From contig OZ024745.1 of NCBI GenBank assembly GCA_964016885.1, forward strand, positions 11,408,001 to 11,472,000: a DNA stretch of 64,000 nucleotides, in the 5' to 3' direction. The stretch comes from Eledone cirrhosa (lineage: Eukaryota). Below, piece by piece: positions 24,936 to 37,728 of the stretch (position 1 is the first letter of the stretch; each line of letters starts with the position of its first letter). The notes below the pieces were generated by a model. It did no database searches and was not told the DNA's origin. It was given only the letters and a program-made list of their open reading frames with translations. The translations under genes and the position numbers were made by a program.

Positions 24936-25207
24936 GGTAATTCCGAAGAAAAAGCAAAGGAAAAACGAGTGCTCTATGTATAGAACAGAGCTATTTAAAT
25001 AGAAAGTGAACAACTACTCCATTACCAAAGGTTTCTGGATCGAAAAACTTTTGGTAATGGAGTAGTTATATATTGTGTTGTTCACTTTGTAATTAAATAT
25101 ATATATATATTGCTCCCACATCATTCATTCTCATCTCGGGAACAATTTTGAATAGCGCCAGTTCGTAATTTGAACTTGGGAATTTTATATTCTCTGAGTG
25201 AAAAGAC

Positions 25208-25292
25208 CCTTCTGACGAGAGTTTATCTTTTCAATGGAAGGCCGCAAAGACTGTCCATTTATTTTTGAGACTCGAAACCGATTCGGTAAAGG
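25208..25292 (+). ncRNA. Type I hammerhead ribozyme, canonical core
   Basis: cctt-CTGACGA-gagt...actc-GAAA-ccg-att-cgg-TA-aagg, inside a roughly 250-bp (TA)n-flanked segment (25111-25362). Confidence 0.85.
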
Positions 25293-25360
25293 TAACCATA
25301 GTGAGTACAGTGAATCTTTTAAAATTTATTTTGAAGCTTTTTCTTATTTGCTAAACCTTG

Positions 25361-25403
<43 letters not shown>

Positions 25404-25406
<3 letters not shown>

Positions 25407-25722
25407 ATAGAAAACGAAAAATCAGTGATGCATCTGAACTCAATTTATTGTGTGTTACAATTGTTTCCCCGGCGGACAGCTCGAGACGCAATCATTGTGT
25501 GGATCTGCCTGATTCTGGACTCGCAGGTTCGACGGACACGTTTAATGATTTCGGAGAGAAGAGAATATGCTCCGAAATCATTAAACGTGTCCGTCGAACC
25601 TGCGGGTCCAGAATCAGACAGATCCACACAATGATCGCGTCTCGAGCTGTCCGCCGGGGAAACAATTGTAACACACAATAAATTGAGTTCAGATGCATCA
25701 CTGATTTTTCATTTTCTATTCT
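25404..25722. repeat. Near-perfect palindrome, about 153-bp arms with a 13-nt spacer
   Basis: Arms 25404-25556 and 25570-25722; mirrored ORFs appear in the track. Confidence 0.95.
25587..25674 (+). ncRNA. Hammerhead-like fold with variant core CCGUCGA (mirror copy on the minus strand at 25452-25539)
   Basis: gtgt-CCGTCGA-a-cctgcgg...ccgccggg-GAAA-caattg-TA-acac. Confidence 0.45.
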
Positions 25723-25796
25723 ATCATACTCTGCTCTGTAAGAGCATAGAGTGCTCAACCGGCATACCGCCTATGGAAGCATCTTAGCTACCATCA

Positions 25797-25893
<97 letters not shown>

Positions 25894-26050
25894 AATATAC
25901 ACGGGTGTGTATGATTGTGTATAGAAGATTATATTAATAAGAGGAATTCAAACTTTGTCTGATTTACTCGTTTTATTTACAATCCTTTAACATTTATAAT
26001 GGTATTATAATGAAATAGTATGATAGAATATTAAATGTTAAGTGTTAATT

Positions 26051-26087
26051 GAACAAGTACTTTCATGTTTTCGCAATCTTCAGGTTC
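26051..26087 (-). ncRNA. Minimal type I HHR in the 3' pLTR of PLE2
   Basis: gaac-CTGAAGA-ttgcgaaaacat-GAAA-gtac-TT-gttc; one mismatch in stem II. Confidence 0.7.
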
Positions 26088-26457
26088 ATAATGTGTGGTG
26101 ACAGTCAAGTTTGCAGTTTTCAAATGTAATGAGATGGGTAAATTTTGTACCTATATACAGTGAAAAGTGGTTCCAGAATGCTAAATCTTGCAAACTGTAT
26201 TTCGACCAATCGGTGTATAGTTTCACTGAATTACTAAAGCTGATTGGTTTAGGCGTCACGGTTGGTTGAGCATGTCTAACGACCACTAATTGATCCTATC
26301 CAAAGCATCAATTGTTTTGCTATTTTTAGAAATGATGAAAATAGCATTTTCTAGTAATCATCACCATCAACATCACTTTTATTATTATTATTATTATTGT
26401 TGTTGTTGTTAGTGGTCGTAGTCATAGTCATAGTAGAAGTAATACCCCTAAGCATTA

Positions 26458-29400
26458 TTATTGTTCATTTAACTTGGGTTTGAATTTATCAATAACATTC
26501 TTTTCTTTGATTTTTCTCTTGATTTCACTTGGACTGTGTAATTTGTAGAATGGGAATATTATAAATATTCCCTGACCACATGTTGCTAGATGGTTACTTA
26601 GGGGTATCTGACGGACATTTGGGTATCTGATTTGCTGACGGTGTGCCCGTGCACGTTCCGATAGTGCATTTCCAGTTTGACCGACATATAGTTCTTCACA
26701 ATTCGGGCATTTAATGCAGTAAATTAGATTTCTGCTTTTGCAGTTCATGCATTTGGGAATATTTTTCCAGTTTTTGTTTTCATATATTGACCGGCGTGTA
26801 TGGACTGACATGTGCCGCATCGACTATCATTGCATTTAGATACAGTGAATGATTGGTCTTTGTTGTTAAGGTCAAACTTTGCTTTTGTTAGTAATTGCTT
26901 CAAAAATTTCGGCTGTCTTTTACTAAGAGTCAAAGATCGATCTGTGATTAAGCCTTTTAATTCATTACTTTGAGCAATGATCGGTAGGTTTGTTTTGGCA
27001 GTGTTGAAGATATTCTGGTGACATGGGTTGTGTGTCATAAATGGTATGACCAGTTCTTGGTTTCTTCTTCCTTGGGTTGTCCTAAGTTGTTGTATAGGTA
27101 TTTTTATAGCCCGCTGTATGCCATTTTCTATAAGTATAGATGGGTATTTTTGTTTGAGCAAAAATTCTCTTAGTTCTGTTAGGCGTTTGTACCTGGTATT
27201 CGTATCTTCTACAATGGTACAAATTCTTCTGGCTAGGCAGTATGGGATGTTGCGTTTTGTATGAGGTGGATGGCACGACTTAAAATTCAGATATTGATGG
27301 GTGTTTGTGTGTTTATAATATATATCCGTGGTAATGGTGGTGTCGTTTTTGATTATCATTATATCTAGGAATGGTAATTTGGTCCTACTCATCTGTTTTG
27401 TGAATTGGAGAGATGGGTGTAGGTTATTCAGGAGGATATTGAACTCATCCAGAGTATCTAGAGATTCTGTCCAGATGATGAAACAGTCGTCAAGGTATCT
27501 CTTCCAAGATTTTTCAATGTACTTTCTAAAGTCAGTACTTTATTTTTCCTCTATTTCTTGGTAGAGTTGTTGTTCTAAGTATCCCATTACAGAGTTCGCG
27601 TAAACGGGAGCAAACTTCGTTCCCATCGCTGTGCCTCTAATTTGGATGTAATTATTTCCATTGAAGAAGAAAGTATTGTTTTCCAGAATAAGTTTAACTG
27701 CGTCTAATATAAATGGCGCTGTGAATCTGATGGGAATCACTTCTCTATGTTTTTCCACCCAGTATTTAACCGCCTTTATTCCTAAGTCATGTGTAATGTT
27801 GGTGTGAAGGCTTACCACATCAAAACTAAGTAGAAGTGAATTCGTTTCCGTGGTTTTGGGAAGATGGGACAAAAAGTCGATATCATCCCGGATGAAACTG
27901 GGTATGTGAATACATAGTCGTTTCAAAATAATGTCAACAAAATTGCTTAGACGGTGGGTGGGGCATGTTGGACCAGCTATAATAGGTCTAAGTTTTAAGT
28001 CTTTTGGGTGTAGTAATTTAATGTACTCACTGTTTTGTTCTCTTACTGCCAGTTGTATTTCGGTAGGCCATACAGGTTGCTGGGTTTTGGCTCAAAATTG
28101 GTGATGTAATCTCTTTCCTTATCAGTAAGTGAGTTGTGGTATTTTGAAGCCAGGTTGCTGATCTTCTTCATGATGTTGTGGTCTATATTTGACGGTATTT
28201 CATGATAGAATGTTGTGTCTTTCAGTTGTTCCTCAACCAAATCCTTGTAGTATTCAGCATCCATTATAACAACTGCACCCCTTTATCTGCTTGTTTAATT
28301 ATTATTGTTTTATCATTATGTATACGTTTAAGTGCAGACATTTCTGATTTGTTAATGTTTGGCCTAACATTAGTATTACGTCTAAGAGGAAATTTAGACA
28401 GGATGTCAATGTATTGGTCGAGATAGATATTTCTTCCTTTTGGCTGATTGAAATTTGATTTATTCTTTACTAGTGATTCATCACTCTCATTACTTTTATC
28501 AGTGAAGAATTCTACAAGACGTAATTTTCGACAGAATTCTTGGGTATCCTCCTTCAGTTCTTGGTGGTTGACTGTTGGAGTCGGTGTGAATTTCAGTCCT
28601 TTTGACAGAATTTGCATTTCATCATTGTCAAGATCTCTTTTGGATAAATTAATTATTTTAGGATCTACGTGTACAGTTGTTTTGGGTATGTTTCCCCCTG
28701 GAGTTTTTCTTTTTCCGGTTTTTGTTGTCCTGACGTTAAAAAATGGATTTTTCTCTGTTCAGGATTTATATTCCTGTTGGTGTTCGCTTGATGAACTTTT
28801 GGTCGTGATATTATATTTGGTTTCGTTATGTATTTTGTCCTATTTTTGGTATTATGTATATTATTTTTCCATTTTTTGTTAGCATTATTTTTAACAATCT
28901 GGGGAAATGACCTAGGTTTGCTTTCAGGTTTAGATCGTTTTTTCGCCCAGTTTCTTGTGGGTAATCTCTGTTGAGATCTTGAGAGTGATCTGGTTATTCT
29001 ACGTTTTGTTTCCACATTCCTTGTGGGTAGTCTCTGTTGAGATCTTGAGAATGATCTCCTGGTTTTACTACTTCTCATGGTCTGGTCAAAGGAATATCGT
29101 GTTTGTGCTTTTTGTTCATGTTGTGTGCGATAGGGTGTTTTTGTAGAAAAAGCGAAGAGTTATTACCGTAGTTCTTCTTTGATTCAAGGTAAGGTGAGTG
29201 TTTGTGTTGGCACGTGTTCTGGCGTATGTTGTGTTGGTGAGATTGTCCACTTTTAATGCTTTTTCTCAGGGTTCCAGAGTCTTTACCGTAATTTGCAGCA
29301 TATTCGTCGAGAAATAATTGTTTCTGCTGCCATACCTTTCTTGATTTGTTTTCTTCTTTTGAGATATCTCTGATCCATAGTTCTCGTAGTTTTTCAGCTA

Positions 29401-30012
29401 TAATACCAGTCGTTAGTTTTGAAATTTCAACTTCAATTTGGTCATCAATAGCTTCATATTTGGCTTTGTAGCTGGATTGTTACATTGAGAAATGGAGATG
29501 TCGGTCCTGAATTTTGTCAATGTAAGTTCCCATCGGAGTTATTTTTCTTCTTCTGGTTCTCCTGCAATTTCTGTAATTAGGTATTTACGATGGAGTATGG
29601 ATGCCGTTAGAGAGAGCCATTTCGAATGTGTTTCGACATATTTTTCGCATTTGTATGCTTTCCAGAAGTTTTGTTTTCTTATGTTAAGAAATCTTTTCCA
29701 TGTCTTCCACATTTCTTAACTTATTCGATGTGTTTTGTTTTCCAAATTTCTTTCGTTTAGTTCTGACATCCAAGGGGGTTGTGGTAGGCTTTCTCTTGTA
29801 TCTTTGATAACTGTTGGTAAAATTTCAGCTAAATTCTTAATTTCAGAGTTTATATGTTCAGTTATAAGTTTTCCGTCTGTAGATTGTTTTTCTATTTCCT
29901 TTAAAATAGAGGATTGTGTGTCAATCACCGTGATAAGTGTTGATAATTTCGATGATATCTCCTTTAGAATTCTTTCTGATTCTGTTGATTTCATTTGTTG
30001 CTTTCCAAACAT
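26458..30012 (-). pseudogene. PLE ORF (N-terminal extension, RT, Cys linker, GIY-YIG) with multiple frameshifts
   Basis: LSKGLKFTPTP, IIIKQADKG, LYGLPK, SFDVVSL, GTAMGT, RYLDD (about 27490), FLDI, CNDSRCGTC linker, LIYCIKC..LYVGQT. Confidence 0.9.
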
Positions 30013-30213
30013 GTTGGCATATACACAATAGGAATATATATATAGAGAGATAGATAAATATACACGGGTGTGTATGATTGTGTATAGAAGATTATATTAA
30101 TAAGAGGAATTCCAACTTTGTCTGATTTACTCGTTTTATTTACAATCCTTTAAAATTTATAATGGTATTATAATGAAATAGTATGATAGAATATTAAATG
30201 TTAAGTGTTAATT

Positions 30214-30250
30214 GAACAAGTACTTTCATGCTTTCGCAATCTTCAGGTTC
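30214..30250 (-). ncRNA. Minimal type I HHR in the 5' pLTR of PLE2
   Basis: gaac-CTGAAGA-t-tgc-gaaa-gca-t-GAAA-gtac-TT-gttc; GNRA-capped stem II and palindromic stem III. Confidence 0.8.
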
Positions 30251-30478
30251 ATAATGTGTGGTGACAGTAAAGTTTGCAATTTTCAACTGTAATGAGATGG
30301 GTAAATTTTGTAAAGATTACGAAAGCATGAAAGTACTTGTTCAATTAACACTTAACATTTAATATTCTATCATACTATTTCATTATAATGCCATTATAAA
30401 TTTTAAAGGATTCTAAATAAAACGAGTAAATCAGACAAAGTTGGAATTCCTCTTATTAATATATATATATATATATAT

Positions 30479-31462
30479 ATTAAAATAACAGATTAAAGTT
30501 TAAGCAAAGAATCGCTGCTTTCACCCTTAACAGAGATCTTCTGAAACTAACAAAGTCAATCTGTGAACGCAGAAGTGAATATTTCAAAAAAACGTTGCAA
30601 TCGGAGGAAGACAGGAAGACGATACTTTGGTTCGTGGAAACGTTCCCTGGCAAAGAACGGGAAAAAATGAATATAATACGTCATTAATAGGAGCGGTGAA
30701 AAACAATTACACGCAAAGACAAAACCACGTTTATGGTATAAAAGAAGTCGTAGACTAATGTTCTATTAGGTGGTTCATAGAGACGTTCTCTGGCAATGAA
30801 CGGAAATTCGGTTTTCTAGTTAGAATTTTAGTCTACCATTAGCTATACCATTTACGTGGTTTTGTCTTTGCGTGCAATTGTTCTCCACGCTCCACATATG
30901 ACGTATTATCTTCGTTTTTTTCGTTCATTGCCAGAGAACGTCTCTATGAACCAGCTAAGAGAATATTAGTCTACGACTTCTTTTATACCATAGACGTGGT
31001 TTTGTCTTTGCGTGTAATTGTTTTTCACCGCTCCAAATAATGACGTATTATATTCGTTTTTTACCGTTCTTTGCCAGAGAACGTCTCTATGAACCACCTA
31101 ATAGAATATTAGTCTACGACTTCATTTACACCATAAACGTGGTTTTGTCTTTGCGAGTAATTGTTTTTCACTGCTCCAAATAATTGTTTCTTCTTTTGGC
31201 ACAAGGCCAGCAATTACCCAGTACATTACTGGTACTTTATTGTATCGACCCCAAATAATGACGTATTATATTCATTTTTTTTCCCGTTCTTTGCCAGGGA
31301 ACGTTTCCACGAACCAAAGTATCGTCTTCCTGTCTTCCTCCGGTTGCAACGTTTTTTGAAATATTAACTTCTGCGTTCACAGATTGACTTTGTTAGTTTC
31401 AGAAGATCCCGTTAAGGGTGAAAGCAGCGATTCTTTGCTTAAACTTTAATTTGTTATTTTAA
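30479..31462. mobile_element. About 1-kb fold-back element in (TA)n, with about 140-bp internal subrepeats and terminal HHR-like motifs
   Basis: The outer roughly 205 bp are inverted. atgacgtatt recurs at 30898 and 31040. A SINE fragment lies at about 31190-31252. Confidence 0.85.
31395..31445 (+). ncRNA. Type I hammerhead-like motif, U4A core (mirror copy on the minus strand at 30497-30548)
   Basis: agttt-CAGAAGA-t-ccc-gttaa-ggg-t-GAAA-gca-gcgattctt-tgc-TT-aaact. Confidence 0.6.
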
Positions 31463-31608
31463 TAAATATTTGCTCTATATATATATATATTTATCCTTAT
31501 CGAGCTCTCTTTGGATTTTAGTTTTCAAATTTATTATTATTACTATATATATATATATATACATAACGTCAAAACGGCTTGAGCTCTGCCGTCGGGGTTA
31601 AACATTTT

Positions 31609-31659
<51 letters not shown>

Positions 31660-31715
31660 AAAAAATTATAAAAAATAAACCAAAGAAGCCTTCAATACAT
31701 CAAAAGTCTTTATTA

Positions 31716-31753
31716 GCCAACAATGTTTCGTCCTATTAAGGACTCATCAGGGC
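31716..31753 (-). ncRNA. Minimal type I HHR, canonical core
   Basis: gcc-CTGATGA-gtcc-ttaata-ggac-GAAA-cattg-TT-ggc. Confidence 0.85.
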
Positions 31754-32050
31754 AAGTAAAGCTACAAGAAGCACTATCGGCCAATACAAGCCAAAAACTC
31801 AGAAGAATATGGAGTATACATCTATTAAAGCCTAGGAAGGATATCAAGGAAAAGTAGGCTAAGATTAAGAGTGAGCTGTTACAAACAGAGATATAGACCA
31901 AATAGCAAGGAAGTGATTAACATGTTGAACCCACATTGTAAATATTATATAATCCAAAAACTTGAAACACAAATGGTAATATAATGCGAGAATTACAGTA
32001 CGATATAGAATATAATATAATATAATAGATGGTGATAATAAAAAGCTTAA

Positions 32051-32140
<90 letters not shown>

Positions 32141-33431
32141 TATATATATATATATATACATATATACATTAGTACAAACACAAACTAACATATATTAAGT
32201 ATTTAAATATATATATATATAAATATATATATTGTTTACAGTATAATATAATAAAGATAAAAATAAAAATAAAATATAATATATAATTCCCTGTCAGTGT
32301 ACATAAACAATATAAAAACATTATAATAACATTATAATAACAATATTATAATATATTGGCATCAAAAGATATACAAAATTACATCATATATATAATCCAA
32401 GGTTAACAAATATTATAAAGTTTTACACAGGATAAAAAAAAAATCATATAGAACTAAATAGTGTTAAAAAATTGTGTTGAAAAAAATATCTATACCATTG
32501 TAACAAATACACGGAGGTCAAGACGTTTTACATTGGCATAAATATTATCAAAATATCACAAGATACTACAAAATACAACAGAACAGTACTTCGAATAACA
32601 TATATTAAAATCTATAATACGATTACATAAAAATGATATGATATAACAACATTAATGTCAAATATCAAACAGAGTCTAAGGAAATGCTTAATAAATATTT
32701 ACGTGGTTGCGATACACAGACATATTAATGAACAGCGTGTGGTAGTAAAAAAATATAAATAAAATAAACCGAAGATCGAAAAACAAAAACAAGTATATTT
32801 ACTTAGGTGTCACAAGCGGTTAAGTAAAAGAAGAGATAGAAATGTAAGCGGCGAATTGACTAGAAAACCTTTTTAAATTAATTAATATTAAAAGTATTTA
32901 AAATACATATTTAGTCACTTCAAAATTGGCTATAGTTTAAGTCATCAAAATCGTATAAGTTTGAGATATTTCAATAAAATTATCAAGAATAGAGTAAAAT
33001 ATGCTCCGTTCAGTCGAATAACGTTATCGAATAAAAGGACTCTAAATAGAACTATGGTAGACCAATGGGAACAGAAAGAAGAGAGGTTATGGAGGGTAGG
33101 AAGGAGCATACAAGTAAAATCAATATATTATATAATATCATAAAAGGAGCATAAAGGTGAAATTTATATATAGTATAATAGAAGGGGCGGATATTAAGTG
33201 TGTAGAGGAGGAGGTACATTAGTTGAATGAGACTCCAACCAAAGTATTCAATAAGATATAAACCCATAAGGTGTTAGTAGTGAAACTATAATAATGCTTA
33301 AGACGATAGATAGGGTATAGTAGCCAAAAGTCTATGGAAACTAAAATCGAAAAGTTGTAAAACAACTAATAATAATAAAGATGATGGTAATCAAAATGAA
33401 CCTAAACAAAAAAGATAAGGAAATATAGCAG

Positions 33432-35315
33432 CTAATGGATACGATTTAAACTACCAGAACTTTTAGGTCTATAATAGAAGAAAGGATTAGAAATGGCATG
33501 GGGGCAGGAAGAAAATATCTCAGACTTTCTATTAAGCAAAACTTCCCTAGAGAAAATTATAGAGTGGGTCTCTAAGATACAGAGATTACAGAATTTAGTG
33601 TGTGTTGATAGGTTATTAGAGCGTGCTACTATACGCCAATTAAGGCTATATGGCATGCCTGCCCCTTTAAGATCCCAGATATGGTGTTCTAAAGAAGTAG
33701 AGTTCTTAAACTTAACATGCTTAAAATTAGAGATATGAGAATTAAACCTAGTTTTAAAAGTATTAGATGTGGAGCCTATATATGTGCTATTAGAAGAATC
33801 AGTCTTAACTTCACAAGCATAAACAATGTTCCTAGAGAGGCAGTGACCATTTAAAGGGCAGTTAATACTTACTCTACAGTTGCACTTCCTGGTGCTATTT
33901 ACCGGCTGAATAAGTGATTATAAGATAAGGTTATTATAAGATAAGGTCTGCTCAGGTGGTAAGGCATTAATGGATCTATCAAGACTAGTAGTACGCAAAG
34001 AGGAGTAGCTGTCCCTAATTTTCTTATTGTTAGTGCTAGCTAAATGAGAACTAATATTAGGGGTGGTCGAGAATGATAGTTTAATTACATTTTTATTAAA
34101 AATACCATGGTATTTATTAGTAGGAGGGAAATTTTTCTCTAAGATAGAAAAGAAAGACCTAGGGATGTTAGTTAATACTTCATGATCATAAGGCGGGTTA
34201 AAATAAGTATTGAGTCTCCTCCTATTTCTATCCTTACGAACTCTACCGTTATCCAGTATCCCACTAATAGGATCAGGGTTACTACGAGGACTAGTTGAAA
34301 CAACATTATTAGAAGCAGCCAAAACCCTATTGAGTCTCCTTCTGTTTCTACCTTTAATATATCTACTGTTATCTGGAAGCATATCAATAGGATTAGGGCT
34401 ACTACCAGGATCAGTTGAAACAACACTATTAGAATTAGTAAAAACATTACCACTGGGTGAGCGATCAGAGTGCCTAACTTGTTCCCTAGAACTAATCCCG
34501 AAAAGTGTATCATTAGACTCACTATTACGATTACGGTAGCTTAACCTATGGATGGGTTCGGATACACCTATGGGATTTCTACGATTCTTATGCTTTCTAT
34601 TCCCATTCATGGCCATATTATGGGAAATTACGTTATTATTATTATGGGTAAACGGAGACTTTCTAAGGTTGTTCTCATTATAACGTATTTTACCAGAGTA
34701 ACCAGAGTTAGCTAGGGCATTATTATAGTACTCTACATGTGAATTAAATATTCCTATATCCTTAGAGAGTGTGGAAATTCTATTAGATACACCGTTAATT
34801 ATAGAGCTAATCATAGATTCGGGGTGGTTAGAATTGGGATTAACATAAGAGAGTATCTCATTTGGCTTATGGAAGGGTTTATAACTATTAGTGACCAAGT
34901 CCAAAGTCACATCTAAAAAGTTGACCGCTCTATCATTTCTATCAATCGTGATCGAAAGGTTAAAATTTTAAAAAAATGTATAAAGTTTCTTCCTATTATG
35001 CTCAATGTTGTTGGTGCTAGAGTTTATCACAAACAATGCATCGTCACGATAAAGTCCGCCTTTAAGGTGTGGAAAGGTAACATACAGTTCATTTAGGAGG
35101 AACAGCCCAACAAGATCAATTACCTGGCCGAATCACTCGAACCCATTGTAACGTCGAAATTGTTGGGTGTGTTTTTACGCGTCCAAAGTGTATCCTGGAA
35201 TTTGATGATAGTCCTACGGGCTGCTAGTATAACATCAATCCGCGGTCGTGTAAGGCTAGACACTCGCATGGCCATAATTAAGGCTTTATTAAGGAGGATA
35301 GGTGAAATCGACGTG
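33432..35315 (-). pseudogene. PLE RT + GIY-YIG, disrupted
   Basis: MGSSDSA, GGLYRDD, FLDVTLDL, YFNPPY, CNCRVSINCPLNGHC, IVYAC..YIGST, CNLCILE..CPH. Confidence 0.88.
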
Positions 35316-35427
35316 TATATTTTTATAATTCTTCGGCTCTGTTTAATTACATTGAGCTATATCTTATACTGTCATTTCTATAATATGAAGAATGTGTTTA
35401 CCTCCAACACACTATAGTATTTTAATT

Positions 35428-35482
<55 letters not shown>

Positions 35483-35623
35483 AATATATATTTATACAAT
35501 CGTTTACGTGTGTCAGCCGATAGGCTGGGGCCATGCTGGGGCATGGTGATTTCTTTTGAATGAAACAGTTCTAGTTTCTATATAAAAAAAAATTGATTTT
35601 TACACCCACGATTGAACCCCCCC

Positions 35624-35749
<126 letters not shown>

Positions 35750-35776
35750 CTATCTATCTCTATATATATATATATC

Positions 35777-36272
35777 ATAATAGAATATAAAAGAAAAACG
35801 AACACAGATATATAGATATATGTGTTCAAATCGTAAGGGACCTGATTCGCTAAGGTGAAAAGAATACTAACTATAGACAATTGGGTTTGTTGCTTCTCTC
35901 AAGTTAAGAAAAAAATCAAGAAAATAAATACAAACCGGAATTGTGGTAACTACCAATCACCCAGACAACTTGTTGTTTTGCAATGTTAATTGTAAATAGA
36001 ATTACCAATTCAAGCTCATCAGTGGGTGATGAATTAGTATCCTAGACACTTCTAAGTATATTAAGGATCTGAATAGTGTGCTATATATAAACATTTTAGC
36101 GCACATGGCATCCAAGCGCGTCTCACAAACTTACACCACTAAACATAGCAGCCAGGTTTATTCGACATTTGTCTATAGTTAGTATTCTTTTCACCTTAGC
36201 GATTCTGGTCCTTTACGATTTGAACACATACATCTATATATCTGTGTTCGCTTTTCTTTTATAGTCTATTAT
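35777..36272. repeat. Fold-back element with about 104-bp inverted arms (35777-35880 and 36169-36272) in (TA)n
   Basis: The arms are reverse complements with a few mismatches. Confidence 0.88.
35956..36030 (-). ncRNA. Type I HHR with a G12A substitution (probably inactivated)
   Basis: atcaccca-CTGATGA-gc...gc-AAAA-caac-aa-gttg-TC-tgggtgat; 8-bp stem I. Confidence 0.7.
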
Positions 36273-36355
36273 AATATACGGCTCAGAAATATCTCTTTCT
36301 TAGAGCTATTTTAGTGTAAGAGACTATTTTGAGTTCCTAACTCAATATATACCTT

Positions 36356-36399
<44 letters not shown>

Positions 36400-36874
36400 G
36401 TATATGTATACATATGTTGACACACATACACACACATATGTACATATAGATACAAATCTACATACATCTATACATAGGTACTTATAAGTAACAGTACTTA
36501 CCAACCTCTCACTTTATGTTATTTATTTGTCGAATAAAACAAAAGTCCTGGACATCACGAATATTCATGTATATAAAGTTGGTGAAATATTGGTAAAATC
36601 TCTATAAGTAATTATTTAACTTTGTTGTTGTTGCTGTTTGAAATATTGCAACAGCATCTCTAGGTGTGAGTACCACCGAATTGATGATAGCAGCTCTATA
36701 AAAACGTAAATAATATCGGAATTATTATGAATTATTATGAATAAACTATTCTATTCCATCTCGTTTATGAGAGCTTCAAAGTATTGTTAAGTATTGTAAG
36801 TAGAAGATCAATGTGCTATAAAAAAATCTATGAAACTTGCTATTAACAAATATTAACAGCGTACGAAACACATT

Positions 36875-36907
<33 letters not shown>

Positions 36908-36922
36908 TTGTGTAGGTGTGTG

Positions 36923-37043
<121 letters not shown>

Positions 37044-37728
37044 AAGCTAGAAAAATCTAGTGCGGGCGTGTGAATAGTTTGATCTTAGGCGGACATTTGT
37101 CTATATTTGTGAAGAAATTATTTCGCATAACCTTACAGGTTACATGGTTCACTTGCCCTGCTCAGTTTGCCGCTCTTTATCTTCACCAATTTCAATCATT
37201 TTTCTTTCTTTCTTCCATTTGTTTTTCCCCACCTTCTCTCTTTCTAGTGTGTGAGATGTCTATCTAGATACCGATCTTTGATATATTTTAAAACAAAATC
37301 TAATATATATATATATATATATGAAGCATTAATTTTTTTAATGTGTTACACTATAAAATATACCACATAGAATCTTTCTCTGTATTATATTTTCAATTCA
37401 AAACATTCATTAAATTCACAATATTCAGCACAAGTTATTTCTTTACGTGGTTCTGTAGATACACTAATAGAAATGTTGATGCAATGTAAGTTTCAATTTG
37501 TTTTATTAGTAGTGAAATCTGAGAGATTCTTCATATTCATTGTCATATTTACATTGTTATATTTACAATACCATTTACAACTGTGTAGCTAATGAAGATT
37601 ATAGAGTAAAATCAAGAAAAAACCTGAAATACAAATAAATAGTTTAGTGTTCGCTGCTTAAAATTAAACATTGTAACATAAGGAAGCACGTGGGAGTTAG
37701 AATACGAGCGTAATTGAACATTTTGAAT

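Larger units (their letters stand above)
25891..30463 (-). mobile_element. Penelope-like element 2 (Neptune-like), apparently full-length, with direct pseudo-LTRs and an inverted 5' segment
   Basis: 259-bp direct repeats at 25891-26149 and 30054-30312; 30313-30463 is an inverted copy of about 30092-30243; (TA)n at both ends; a HHR in each pLTR. Confidence 0.92.
31656..35320 (-). mobile_element. Penelope-like element 3 (same clade as PLE1), 5'-truncated, long 3' UTR
   Basis: RT and GIY-YIG remnants at 33432-35315. A HHR lies about 60 nt before the (TA)n. Continuity of the 3' UTR across the internal (TA)n is inferred. Confidence 0.75.

Noticed and set aside
36675-36720. TTGATGA-tag..cta hammerhead-like remnant
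   Set aside because: The core is too degenerate and there is no GAAA or stem III.
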